Part shown: positions 15,401-26,020 of the stretch, piece by piece
Position numbering within the stretch: position 1 is the first letter of the stretch
Layout: each line of letters begins with the position of its first letter
Assembly: GCA_030704615.1 (NCBI GenBank)
Contig: CM060733.1
Location: forward strand, 46,562,001-46,626,000
Length of the DNA: 64,000 nt
Direction: 5' to 3'
Source of the DNA: Takakia lepidozioides
Lineage: Eukaryota > Plantae > Bryophyta
The notes under the pieces: model-generated
Database searches by the model: none
The model's input: only the letters and a program-made list of their open reading frames with translations
Told to the model about the DNA's origin: nothing
Program-made: the position numbers and the translations under genes

Positions 15401-18400
15401 TCCACCCAAAGGGCTAGTGGCAAGGGCCCTCACAACATCTATGAGGCTCAAAGCTGCATGTTTCAGGAACTCCTGGTATGCTCGAGTGGACAGTTTATTT
15501 CAACGTAACGGACTTTCTACTGCTTTCCTATTACCAATGAACCCAGATGAGGTGGACATCACATCCAGACATGACCGCAACAGACTCATTCGGAGAGAGC
15601 TTATGGAATTACATGTCAAGAGAACTTGGATGCTACCCAATCTCACGACAAAGCTCCACTTCTATCGAGAGACATTCTTGGTGCTCCGCGATGATAGAAT
15701 CTTGAGACCAAATTACCTTTCAGCACCCTTATCTCCTTCCCTCTTGAGGGCATTGGGGCGGTTCAGGGTGGGTTCCCACAACCTACGGATAGAGACTGGC
15801 AGATGGGAAAACCTGCAACAGGAGGACCGCCTATGTCCAGCTTGCATAGGGCGCAGCAAGGAAATTGAAACTGAAGAACACTTATTCTACTGCCCTCTAT
15901 ACTACGAGATCCGTGGGAGATTTCACTGTTTATTCAGTGGAACCCAAACTCTCACTGATGTCTTTCACTATGAGGATCAAAAATGCGTGGCAGCCTACCT
16001 ACACGAGGCCTTCACCCTTAGACAATCGCTAGAACATTAATTGTGGTTTCTGGATTTGTTCCTCTCTCATGTTTTCTTCCATTTTGTCCCATAAGCTCTA
16101 CGAGCTTTCCGCGGACGTTATAAAGCACCATTTCATTTCATTTCATTTCTGACAGAGAAGAAAGCATTGCAGCAAAGTTTCACCTGGCAATTCAATGAAC
16201 ATGAAGGGTGAGCCAGCAATTCCCTGGGTGGCGGACCCAACATGAAGCGCAAATTTTCCCGCTGTTGTAAATACCATCATGAGATTTACATAGCCATTGG
16301 AACCCTCAGATTGCTTGGTGAGATTTTGTACGGGGGTTTTCACTCCGGCTATTATCAATGCAACAACGAAGTTGAAACTGCCATCTATATTGGCAATGTT
16401 CGTCAGATCATCCAATTGCAGCACTCGCAGTGTGGCTTGATCACCCACCTGCATTGACAAGGTCTAATTTCTTGAGTTCTTCCCGGGAAAAGAAGGCTGG
16501 CAAGAAGCAGGAAGGTGGGAAGGGCAATGCGTGGTGTGTGAGTGAAGAGGATCAAATGACTCGGATTTAGCAACTCCATTGGTACGTTGTGCAATTCTTA
16601 CCGTGAATGTGCTCACATTGTTTTTCCATGAACCGCTGGAGAGAGTCATTGAGACTGGACCTGAACATCATCATGATCAGACACGAGTTTCAGAAGGGGT
16701 ATAACATATACAAAACATTTCTCCATTCATGTGGCTCAACATATGTAAATGTAGTAGAAAATCTGTTACAGACACAGGAGGTCTACAGCCTACTCTATCC
16801 GCAGACTGTGAGAGCCCACCATGAACCTTCCCAATGCCCTTAGAAGAGGTGGTGATGGTTTTCCAGACAGATAATTGGGCCATGAGATCCTACCGGCACA
16901 AAGGACCAAGAAAGTCTCCAGATAGGATTGGATAGGATTTTAGCGTTGTTATAAGATCATTGGGTTCCAGGCCTGCCTAACATAAAGTTCCATCAGCTCC
17001 CCCTAATGAGCTTGTTACAGTCATGTCTGGAAGAACCTGCCATCTTTTATGGTAGAGAAGCAATGGACAGTCTGTCTCTCAAAGAAGTTGGAAACCCGAG
17101 CATAACAAGAGGTCTTGAAACCAGGGTTTCTGAGTCTCGTAGAGGTGGGAGAGCCCAGGCCGGCAGCCATTTGGGTGGTAGAGCTGAAGAGAGAATGGGA
17201 ATAAAGAGACAAAGAAAGAATTACATCCACTAGAGGCTGACCCCATGGACACAGCAACGCAGAACAATAGTACTCGGGCATGAGGGAGGGAGAAGACAAA
17301 AGACAGAACATTCAATAACCTCCAGGGGAGGGCTAGAGGGCCATGGGATAGAAACAAGAGGGAGAGAGGTCTGCACTAGGGGTGTTTCTATGACCGGTGG
17401 CCCTGCAACAGCCAGCAATTGTTGGCTTGCCAAACTTCTGATGACAGTTTTCTCTTGTAAAGTTTGATCTGGAGTCTTCCCCACTTACGTCACAGTCAGG
17501 CCGAGTGTTTCCTTCGTATCCCAGATGCACTTTACCAGCCAGAATTTCCTCCTTGTGGTGTTGTGAATGGTTTCTTTGCATGGCAGCTAATGGAAGTCCA
17601 CAAAATGCACAAGATCCTTACCATGTAAAAGGTCTGTGCAGAAGACTCTTACAGCGTAAGGAGTATCTGCAGAGCAACCTACGGCATAAGGAGTCTCTGC
17701 AGGAAGCGCTGTAAGGTTGAGACTATCTTTACCACGGTGGAGTGGTCAGACCAGAGGCCAGCAATTCCACTGTACAAACATACATATATATACACATTGG
17801 ACTCAACTTTGCTCCACAATGAACTAGGGATTCACAAACCTTCAGTATAGTAAACTTACCAGGGATAACTGTGAAAGCGAAGGGCGAAAAATGGGGAGAT
17901 TGGCCATTTGCTGCAATGTTGATTATGAAGTAACCAGTGGCTGCAGGTACAAAAGTAAAATTGTAGACACCAGCACTCACATCAAAGGTCGTGATGACTC
18001 TCGACATGTTTGTCACAGGTTGAGTGCCAGGCGGTGGGTTGTAAGTAAAATTGGCTACCCATGGAAAATACATATCATCCCACCTCCCAGTTGTGGCATT
18101 GACCTGCATTTTTACAAAAGGCAGATTTGAAAGGATAAGAAGAAGAATGCATAGAGCAAGAAAAAGATAGCCTGTGCAACCCAACCACGCACTAGAGACC
18201 GAGTCAGTCTTGTGCACCTGCTACTTGCTTCAGCCCTCAGCGAAGACGAAGTTTCATCTTTACTTGTAGTCCACAAAAGCAAACTCGTCAGCTTGGCAAA
18301 AACTGCACATGAAGGTCCCAAAATTCTTGCAATAGAGAGAGGGACCTCACACTACAGACAAGAGTTGCGCCAAGATGCAGAAAGACTGAAAGAATAACGG

Positions 18401-19793
18401 TTGTCACCTGTGGGAGAGACCCCAAGGGTCCAAGAGAGAGAAACTTTTCCGTTCGCCCAGTGAGGTTGAGTACTTAAAGGCGGTGGCTGACCTGGTTTCC
18501 ATAGAGGTCCATGAGCACAAGGTAGAAATTCGTCTGAGAGCCTGCTTGAACCGTTCCATTAACACAAGTACGGCAGAGTAATTTGCTATTGGGTATCGAA
18601 ACATTTCCTGCCAGGCATTGTAATTAGATTGCAAGTTCCTCGGGCTCTTTTGAGCTTGGCAGTCTTGAGATCACAAACAAAACAAGACGCTAAACTATAT
18701 CCCCAGGGTGCCATAGCATGTTAAGCAAAAACACACTGAAATCACACAGACGAACACAACAAGGTCATGGCACAGGAAGCTCTGCAGTACCTGCCACAAT
18801 CCAGAAAGTAGCAGACTGGACAAGATATTTTGTTAGAGGCCCAGGGACGGATAAGTGGGCACTGTACGTCTTCATAACACCCACTGGAGCGGTTGGAGAT
18901 GCTCGACAGGTAGCAGTCCATTGGAATTCATTATTGGGCGGTGCTGGCTCGACGTAGCAAGCCATAAGCTTAGTTGGTACTAAGCCATCGTAGACACCCA
19001 CGCGGAGCACGTTGAGACCAGTGTAGTAGTGGCATTGCGAACACTGTGTGGAACAACTGTGGTGTTGTTTGGTGCAGGTCTGTCGCCAGCCCCGCACCAC
19101 AGAGCGCACTTTGCTTAGCTCAATTCACATGAGAAGAATCGTTGTCCATAACCCGCAATTGTGCTAAAAAACTTGGTCCCCCAGTGTTATCATTGTGCAT
19201 TTGCAAACACAGTTGAGCATGTACAAATGTATATAAACCACCACTGGGTATGTGCAGCTTGGTTGGATAGAGCACTGAGTCGACATTTGACTCTCTTCAG
19301 GGACGATGTTGGTGTTTTTATGGCCCCAAGTAGTGCTGAAGAAGAGATTGACACAGGGGTGAAGCATTAAGTACCTCACTCTCGCAGGGTCTTGTCATGC
19401 CAATGATGGTAATATTTAAATCGGTGCCAATCCTTATTGGAATATTTGCGAGAACCGCAGATTGACTGAATACTGTACACAGCTGGCTGGCTGCTTGGTT
19501 GTCTGTGGTAGATGGGTTGTAGGGGTCTTTTGAAGACTGCACGGCTGCACAGACCAATTTCGCATTAGGTTTCTCTATCACATCAGTCACCACTTGGATT
19601 TGTTAAATGGCATGGAAATCAAAATTATCCAGTACTTGACCTCGAAATAAGGAGAATGACGTTGCAAGCAGAATCCACGAGTTGTAAGCGGATTTTAAAG
19701 TTGATTACCTGCACCAGGCACCAGAGAAAAGCAGAGCCACGTTGCAAGTGGGATTAGAAGGAGATGGTGGTGGTAGCACTGGGAATGGGCCAT
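419..19793 (-). CDS. Multi-exon secreted protein with tandem filamin/Ig-like repeats (GEX2-like); 3' end beyond left edge of window
   Basis: Hand-spliced GT-AG exons with consistent phases: 19793-19709 ([28 protein letters not shown], signal-peptide-like), 19640 or 19592-19375, 18968-18791, 18607-18492, 18103-17860, 16660-16602, 16448-16184, 6594-6265, 5758-5417, 4996-4667, 3483-3145, 2598-2284, 1715-1329, 561-419. Repeats share the pattern GP...C.g.W....f.AG..a.f.i...DayGN...G.y.l.v....I.gSPF.f.V.pG, typical of filamin-type Ig folds as in plant GEX2. Confidence 0.8.
625..912 (+). mobile_element. Degenerate 3' end of LINE family B
   Basis: tatgaggatcagaaatgcttggcagcttatctgcacg matches the ORF2 C-terminus at 11155-11190, followed by an ataagctctttgaacttt motif and a catttcatttc tail. 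Confidence 0.75.
3533..4030 (-). mobile_element. 5'-truncated LINE family B fragment
   Basis: Reverse strand encodes [26 protein letters not shown]...[13 protein letters not shown] (ORF2 C-terminus) and ends in a (CATTT)n tail, seen as gaaatgaaatgaaatg on +. Left boundary is firm; right boundary is approximate. Confidence 0.85.
6940..7044 (+). mobile_element. Short 3' terminal remnant of LINE family B
   Basis: acgttataaagcaccatttcatttcatttcatttc is identical to the terminus at 16115-16149. Start is approximate. Confidence 0.65.
7056..8125 (+). mobile_element. 5'-truncated LINE family A copy (RT C-terminal region and CCHC finger), frameshifted
   Basis: Near-identical to 27401-27567 plus 37717-38618. 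Contains CPLC...[10 protein letters not shown]. Flanked by a 13-bp TSD tctctatgtctgg (7043-7055 and 8126-8138). Confidence 0.92.
8290..8440 (+). mobile_element. Ty3/gypsy reverse transcriptase fragment
   Basis: [43 protein letters not shown] is the canonical gypsy RT N-terminal motif. Confidence 0.85.
8990..9108 (+). mobile_element. Degenerate LINE family B 3' UTR remnant
   Basis: Similar to 791-912, with the ataagctctttgagctt hairpin motif and a degenerate cattt tail. Confidence 0.55.
9110..11326 (+). mobile_element. 5'-truncated LINE family B copy with an open RT reading frame
   Basis: ORF 9109-11226: [33 protein letters not shown], and C-terminal CPAC...H...C. Highly similar to 13767-16149 with an internal deletion near 9348. 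Ends in a (CATTT)n tail. Confidence 0.93.
11494..12670 (+). pseudogene. LINE B ORF1, frameshifted
   Basis: ORF pieces 11494-11847 and 11799-12635 join through the repeated (M/L)xSLDKDW motif; C-terminus GIERAWR...VLFIRF...GMYLNDDLT is typical of LINE ORF1. Confidence 0.75.
12680..16040 (+). pseudogene. LINE B ORF2 (endonuclease-reverse transcriptase), frameshifted
   Basis: ORF pieces 12680-12871, 12868-13092, 13231-~14650 and 14748-16040. A 1-bp deletion near 14650 relative to the 9110 copy (ggtcacgtc vs ggtccacgtc). Confidence 0.9.
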
Positions 19794-21023
19794 GGTTGCG
19801 CAGTACGTGCCTGGGAGATTCACAGCAATGTCCAACCAGCACCACTCTCCTTGTGGGGACCCCGTGTGGCGCGGTCCTCAACCACCGATTTCAGGCTCTC
19901 TTCTCTGTCTAAATCCAACGGGTCCTTGCTGTCTAGATGATCCCTTTCCTCCCGGGCACGCCCTGTGACTTCAAATGACTCCCGACCACCTCCAGTATAT
20001 TTTCGAGGGCTGTTGTAGGCTTGGTGATCAACTGACATCGTCCCCAGGGTAATTTCCTCCAACGATCTATGTTGGAAAAGAAAAGGGGCGGAGATCATAG
20101 ATGTATGCTGTTGATTGGTCGACTCATCGACTATATGCTCCAGAAACGACTTCAGAGATGTATGGAATGCTCACTTTGTTGCAATTGCTTCCGGACGAGA
20201 CTTCGCCTCCACAACGTCAAAGGATCACTAAGGATCCAGATGTTTCTCTATGCAGACAACGTAAGTTCTCTTTCAAGTATGATTCCTCCATTCACTGAGG
20301 CAGAAGTGAATACATCAGGACTGCCAAATTGTGAAGATTCTTGTATCAAATGCATATTATGGATCTTTCTAGGTTTCATATTAGAACCATGCTTCCAAGC
20401 TGCTTGGTCCAGTTGAATAATATATATAGGAGATGCAAGTCTGAGCACTACACTACGCATACCCTTGCCTCGCAAGCAAATTGTGTTGTGCACTATACAA
20501 CCGAACAGTTAGCTCCCCTTGACAGCTCAATGCTACGCTACGTACAGGATGTCCAGAATTGAACTGAAAATCTGCGCGGTCCCGTTTCATCGTGCTTGAT
20601 TACATCCCACATTTCATAGTGCATCAATTCTCACAAGTAAGTCCTGCAACTTTTTTCCAAAACACTTCACAACATGATCTGTGAATCAGAGAAGGAGCTT
20701 CACAACTTGCGCAAAGGGGGTGACCTGGGAACTGCTAGATCTATGCATGTTTACTACAAAAATTCAAATTTTCTCATCACATTGAAACTCTAGATAAACA
20801 GGCATGTTTAAACGATGATTCCACGAGAACCGCACGCTTTCTCTCTACAAACGACATGAGAATCTTGGCCTAGCTTTCGCATGTAGATTGGAAGAGGCGG
20901 AAGAAGAAGAATCAAGCACGGCCTGGCGGCGTAGTAGTTACAACAAACTATAGTCTGCGACGGATTGGCCTGTGGGTCTGGGGTTCAAACCCTGTCATCT
21001 GTCTCTCTGCCTTAAGTATAGGG

Positions 21024-21113
21024 TAAGGCCCGAGGACGGGGGCCTTCCTGAAACTCGGGGCCGCACTCGTGGCGGGCCCCTTATTTCAGGAAGGCCCCCG
21101 TCCTCGGGCCTTA
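21024..21113. repeat. Perfect 30-bp GC-rich inverted repeat with 30-nt spacer
   Basis: taaggcccgaggacgggggccttcctgaaa (21024-21053) is the exact reverse complement of 21084-21113. Confidence 0.9.
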
Positions 21114-21559
21114 TCCGGCGTAAAGACACAACCAAGGATTTCCTTTACCATCGACGGCTGGGATCATCTAAATCGGACGGCTCACAAGAGCAGGAACCTT
21201 ACGCGACGTAAGGTGCCTTCCTCTAGAGGAGAGGAGGGCGTAAGGTTCCTTGCTCACCTGGCGTGAAAATTCCTCCATATAAGGCGCCATCCTTTCTAAC
21301 TAAAAAATCCTGGCCGGGTCTTTACGCCTCCCTCAATGCTCCATCTCCTCGCTCACCAGCCAGGAGGGGCATGGCTGCCAAGCACTTCGTTGATCTCTTC
21401 GCCAAGCCGCCTACTTCGGCTCAATCCTCTGATGCAGTGAGACCATTCTTAGGCAAATTCCAGCTCTTCTTTCCGATACGGATCGTGATGATCTCTCCGC
21501 CCCCTTTACGGACGTGGAGCGGAATTTGAACCCTCTCTTCACAACGCAATATGCATCAA

Positions 21560-21975
21560 ACACCAATGTGTGCATATCCAAGAAAAGGCTCAGGCCATAA
21601 GGGCCCTCAATTCTGGTAAAGTGTCTGGGCCGGATGGTACTCCCATTGAGCTCTTTAGAGCATCGGTTAACTATGGTTGATGACCTCCTGGCATTGACTG
21701 ATGACATCTTCTCTAAGGGCATTATGTATGCCATCTCAATTGTCACAAGGATTGATTACTCTCATTTTCAAAAAAGGTGACAGAGATTTAAGCGATCCAA
21801 TTATTGGCCAATCACTTTGCTTAATACCTCGTATAAGATCATTGCTAAAGCTTTGTCGTTCAGGATCCAGCCAATCTTATCCAGGATTATTCGGCCCGAG
21901 CAGTCTGGCTTCCTTAGAGGCAGAATGATCCTCGACAATGTTCTTTTGATTAATGAAGCTCTTCATGCTGCCGCC
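21560..21975 (+). mobile_element. L1-type LINE RT fragment, degenerate
   Basis: GKVSGPDGTP...GLITLIFKKGD...NYWPITLLNTSYKIIAKAL...IIRPEQSGFLRGRMILDNV, with stops and frameshifts. Confidence 0.8.
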
Positions 21976-24161
21976 GTATCCCGATTTTGACCAAAAAATT
22001 TGTCGAAGGCCTTCAAAGTCCAACATCAGGACTGCAGAAAGACCCGGAAATCCCCAATGCATGGCCCTTGAAGGAACAGAAACTCCAGGCTCTTGAGGAT
22101 CGCCGCGCACGCGCACTGGAAGAAATTGAGAAAAAGAAGCAATCCAAGAAAGAGCGGGTGAGCCTCCCTTCTCTTTTGCTCCTTCTGCTCTGGGTAAATT
22201 TGTGATCAGACTTGTGGGTTCTGCTTGGCTGTCTTTCCCTCTACACCCCGAGAGAGCTAATTTAGTATGCCACCAACGAGAGTGTGGACACTGCGCGAAC
22301 TGCATGCATTGCGAACTGCTCAACTTTTTATTATGCCAAGTTATTTGTGAGTTGTGCGTGTAGAATGGACTGTGAGTTGTGAGTCAATTCCCATCCCAGC
22401 TATCTGCTTCTCTCATTCCATTGGAGAACACTACTTGTCAGGCTGCTTAACAAACAGGTGTTTGGCGTGGAGACCCACTGACTTCCAAGCAGGTTCAAAG
22501 TCCTTGATTGTCAGCTGTCCTCAGCAGTTTCAGTAGCCTTCAAATTAAAATGTCATGATGGCAGGCTGAGAAGAGAAAGCTGGGATTACTGGACGACGAG
22601 GCAGATGCAGATATTGCACAGCTTGCCAACGATGCTGCCAAACACAACTCAGACTTCAACATGCGAAAAGGCCCTCGCGTGAGCAATGCTACCACTGCTG
22701 GCCCTCAAGGTCTGTTTGAAGTGTCCCTCACCCAACTCTTTTATTGGACTCTGAGAAAACTCTTTTAGTTGGGCTGGAAGGGATTTATGCTGTCCGGTTC
22801 ACCTCAGAAGTCTGACTTGACCAAGTCTTGCAAGTATGCAGATGGGTCACGCAGAGCATTCTATAAGGAGTTTGTGAAAGTGGTTGAAGCAGCAGATGTG
22901 GTTATCCAAGTGTTGGATGCTAGGGACCCCTTGGGTAGCCGTTGTGTGGATGTGGAACGCATGGTGCACAGATCAGGCCCAACTAAGCGGATTGTACTTC
23001 TCCTCAATAAGATTGGTACACCCTTCGACACTAGTTTTCTGATTTCATGAATTCAAAGTATGGAGTCTGCAACTTGCCCTTTAGGCCAAAATCCTTGTAA
23101 GAGGAATCAAATCAAATAATAAGGGCAACACAGACACAGGTGAAGACATAAGAACCTACCGTACCCTCATTGATACCTTCATCAAATTTGTTGGTGAAAC
23201 CCCCTCAGGGATAGGAGGGGCCTTGCCTAGAAATAAGGCTATTGTGGAACTCTCTTCCATGTTTTTCCAGCATTCCAGGGCAGGGAACCATCCTTGTCTT
23301 TCACGTCCTTATGCAGATGCACAGGTTCAATAGATGTGCATCTGTATCTCTTTTTATGTACATTTAGGTTTGAAGAAAGGCTAATTCCTGCCAGCAATCT
23401 GTTCATCATTCCTCTCTCTTATCAGATTAGTCTTCCTCCTGTGCAAATTCTTTGCCGTACTTATAAAGATTCAGTATATCCTGGAGGACTGTTGGTCACT
23501 TCACTAAAGACCAGTCTGGAAGACTACATGCCTTGAATGATGCAAATACAGATCTTGATACTTTGGTCTTGCAGTGAAAAAGTAGCACTGCAGTAACGAT
23601 GAGTGCAACAGATGTGATTATCTTATAAGTACAATGAGATGGAACAGGTTATAGGATTTTCTTTTGTGATGCTGACAGTGCTCCATCTTGGGTTTGGTGC
23701 AATGTCTAAAGTTGCGACTAAGTGTTTGGTTCGCTTCAGATCTAGTCCCAAGAGAGGTGGCTCAGCAGTGGCTCACGTATCTGAGAGAGGAGCTGCCAAC
23801 TGTAGCATTCAAATCAAACACACAGCAGCAAAGAACAAACTTAGGTCGCAAGTCATTTGCACTTGCAACAGAGATCACTGATGCGTTGCAATCTAGCGAT
23901 TGTCTTGGTGCTGAAACTCTTCTTCAGCTTCTCAAGAACTACTCCAGGAACCAGCAGGTATGACCAATGAGAACTGTCCATTTCAAAATTCTCTTTATTT
24001 CAATTTAAAAGATGTTCACTTTTATCAGTTTTTGAAATTAAAGCTGTCGTCTGGGACATGACCTTGGCCATGTGCAGCTCAAAACAGCCATCACTGTTGG
24101 GGTGGTTGGATTTCCAAATGTGGGAAAGAGCAGCCTCATCAACAGCTTAAAGAGAACGCAG

Positions 24162-25192
24162 GCAATAAGTTTAAGCATAGAAACCAACCCGAGCCCAAGT
24201 GCCGAGTATGCTAGACAGAGAATACGACTGCCCAATTTGGGCGGAGGGGCTGCCCCCAAGTGGTAGGAGTCCGCTTGTTACCATTCAGAGATCACACTCC
24301 AGGGAGTTGCAGGGAATGGCCCGTGTAGGCATATTCTAAAGAGGGAAAGGCCCCAAGCTTTCCAACTAAATCCAATGCACTACCTTACCTGAAGCAAAGC
24401 GCTTCAGGTCGAAACAAACAAGGACACGAGGTCACAAGGCCGGCATTTAGTCATAGAGACATTAATGTACTCCCGTATCAAGTCCACCCAATGTCAATAG
24501 GCTTCCTAGAGGACAGGGAGAGTCTTGTGACAGAGAGAGCGAGAGAGAGATGCTGATATAGGAAACCATGCATCTCATCCTTTGTCATCTAGAAATATCT
24601 ACCGGTTTGTCTGACTCCCTCTTTCTCTTATTTCAGAACAAGATCATCGATATGCCCACTCATCGCCATTCATGTATCCCTAGTAATGCTGAAGATGCTG
24701 TGCTGGGTTAGACAGGATTGAGACCTTCATTCCAGTCGTGAAGCACAATACGTGCAATTGCAACAGTGTCACCCACTCCCCCTTTTTGAGCTTCACGCAC
24801 CATAGCCAAATTTTGCAAGAAGTCATCAACATTGTTGAACTTGGCAACCTTGTAAATTGACACACAGCTACAATATCTGCTTCACTATCAAAAAATAAAT
24901 AATCAACTTGTGGTCAAATTAGAATTGATGGATGTATTTTCATCCCCCATTGCTGGAAATTCTAATATTGGTGACCATTTCTATCTCTATGTAAGGTCCA
25001 GGCTTACACACCTGGGGTGACAGGATCAGCAAGCTTCTCTATCTTGGTACAGTTTCGCAGTGTTGCAGATGCCTCATTGTCACCTGCTGATGCAAACACA
25101 ATACCAGGGGAGTCCAGCAGCTTCACATGCTTGTCCAGGTGGATCTCTTGCATGGCCTTGGTCACACCCGGGGTTGCACCCACATTTGCCAC
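24162..25192 (-). other. ~1 kb inversion with breakpoints in NSN1 exon 5 and in the 5' region of LINE A
   Basis: Re-inverting restores SLKRTQ|VANVGATPG. The LINE A 5' TSD copy lies on the minus strand at 24521-24536. Confidence 0.9.
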
Positions 25193-25608
25193 TCGTCAAA
25201 AATTTAGCTCCTATCAACATCAACACTCCTCAGGGTGATCCCTGGGAATTGGTTACTTATGCCAAATCTAGGGCTTCATGTGTAGTTTTTGGGGTGAATC
25301 CCAGGATGGACGATGTGTCCTTTAAAACTACATGCTCTAGCTTAGGCTTGGATTTCATGGCTAATGGTACCATCTCGAGACTTGATAATAGAGGTACATT
25401 GAAGGTTGCAATGACCAAAAGTGCTTCTAATAGAGTCCCGCATCAATTCAATCGCAAAGAAGTTCGTCCCTTGACTGGCTGGAGAGCGGTCTTAGACATT
25501 GGTGATTCAATGGGGCACTCTAGGAAGACAACCAAGGGCAACGACTTCAACTTGAGAGTTTCTAATCGGTTTGATGCTCTGGATGAGGTTGAATCCAAAC
25601 AGCCAGAA

Positions 25609-26020
25609 GGACAAGATGCCCCTAAATGTACGGAACCTGAACGTCCTGAATCTGAAGGATTTGGTACTCTGAATGGTTTACCAATCCTCAAGGTTTACAC
25701 AAGACGAACAAATTCTATACACGGGGTAATTGTCCCCAAGCCGTCAGATGGACAATCTGTCCCTAAGTGTGCAGAGCCTGAACGTCGTGTAACTGAAGGA
25801 TTTGGTACTCTAAATGGTTTACCAATCCTCAAAGTCTACACAAGACGAGCAAAATCTATACACGGGGTAATTGTCCCCAAGCAGTCTGACGGACAATCTG
25901 CCCCTATGTGTGCGGAGCCTGTGCGTCGTGTAACTGAAAGAGTTGGTACCCTGAATGGTTTACCAATTCTCAAAGTTTACACAAGACGAGCAAAATCTAC
26001 ACATGGGGTAAATGTCCCCC
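25609..26020 (+). repeat. Three in-frame 141-bp (47 aa) tandem repeats upstream of the LINE A endonuclease
   Basis: Units start at 25609, 25750 and 25891: GQxxPxCxEPxRxxxExxGTLNGLPILKVYTRRxxSxHGV. Confidence 0.9.

Larger units (their letters stand above)
11327..16149 (+). mobile_element. Apparently full-length LINE family B (ORF1 + APE-RT-CCHC ORF2), degenerate
   Basis: Pyrimidine-rich 5' UTR. ORF1 at 11494-~12670 has coiled-coil SLDKDW repeats and an RRM-like C-terminus. ORF2 at ~12700-16040 has APE motifs ([30 protein letters not shown]) and the RT YADD motif, with several frameshifts. (CATTT)4 tail at 16129-16149. Confidence 0.93.

Noticed and set aside
16449-16601. Apparent insertion disrupting a filamin repeat
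   Set aside because: On the minus strand it starts GTAAG and ends TGCAG; removing it restores VSTFT|VGDQATL, so it is an ordinary intron.
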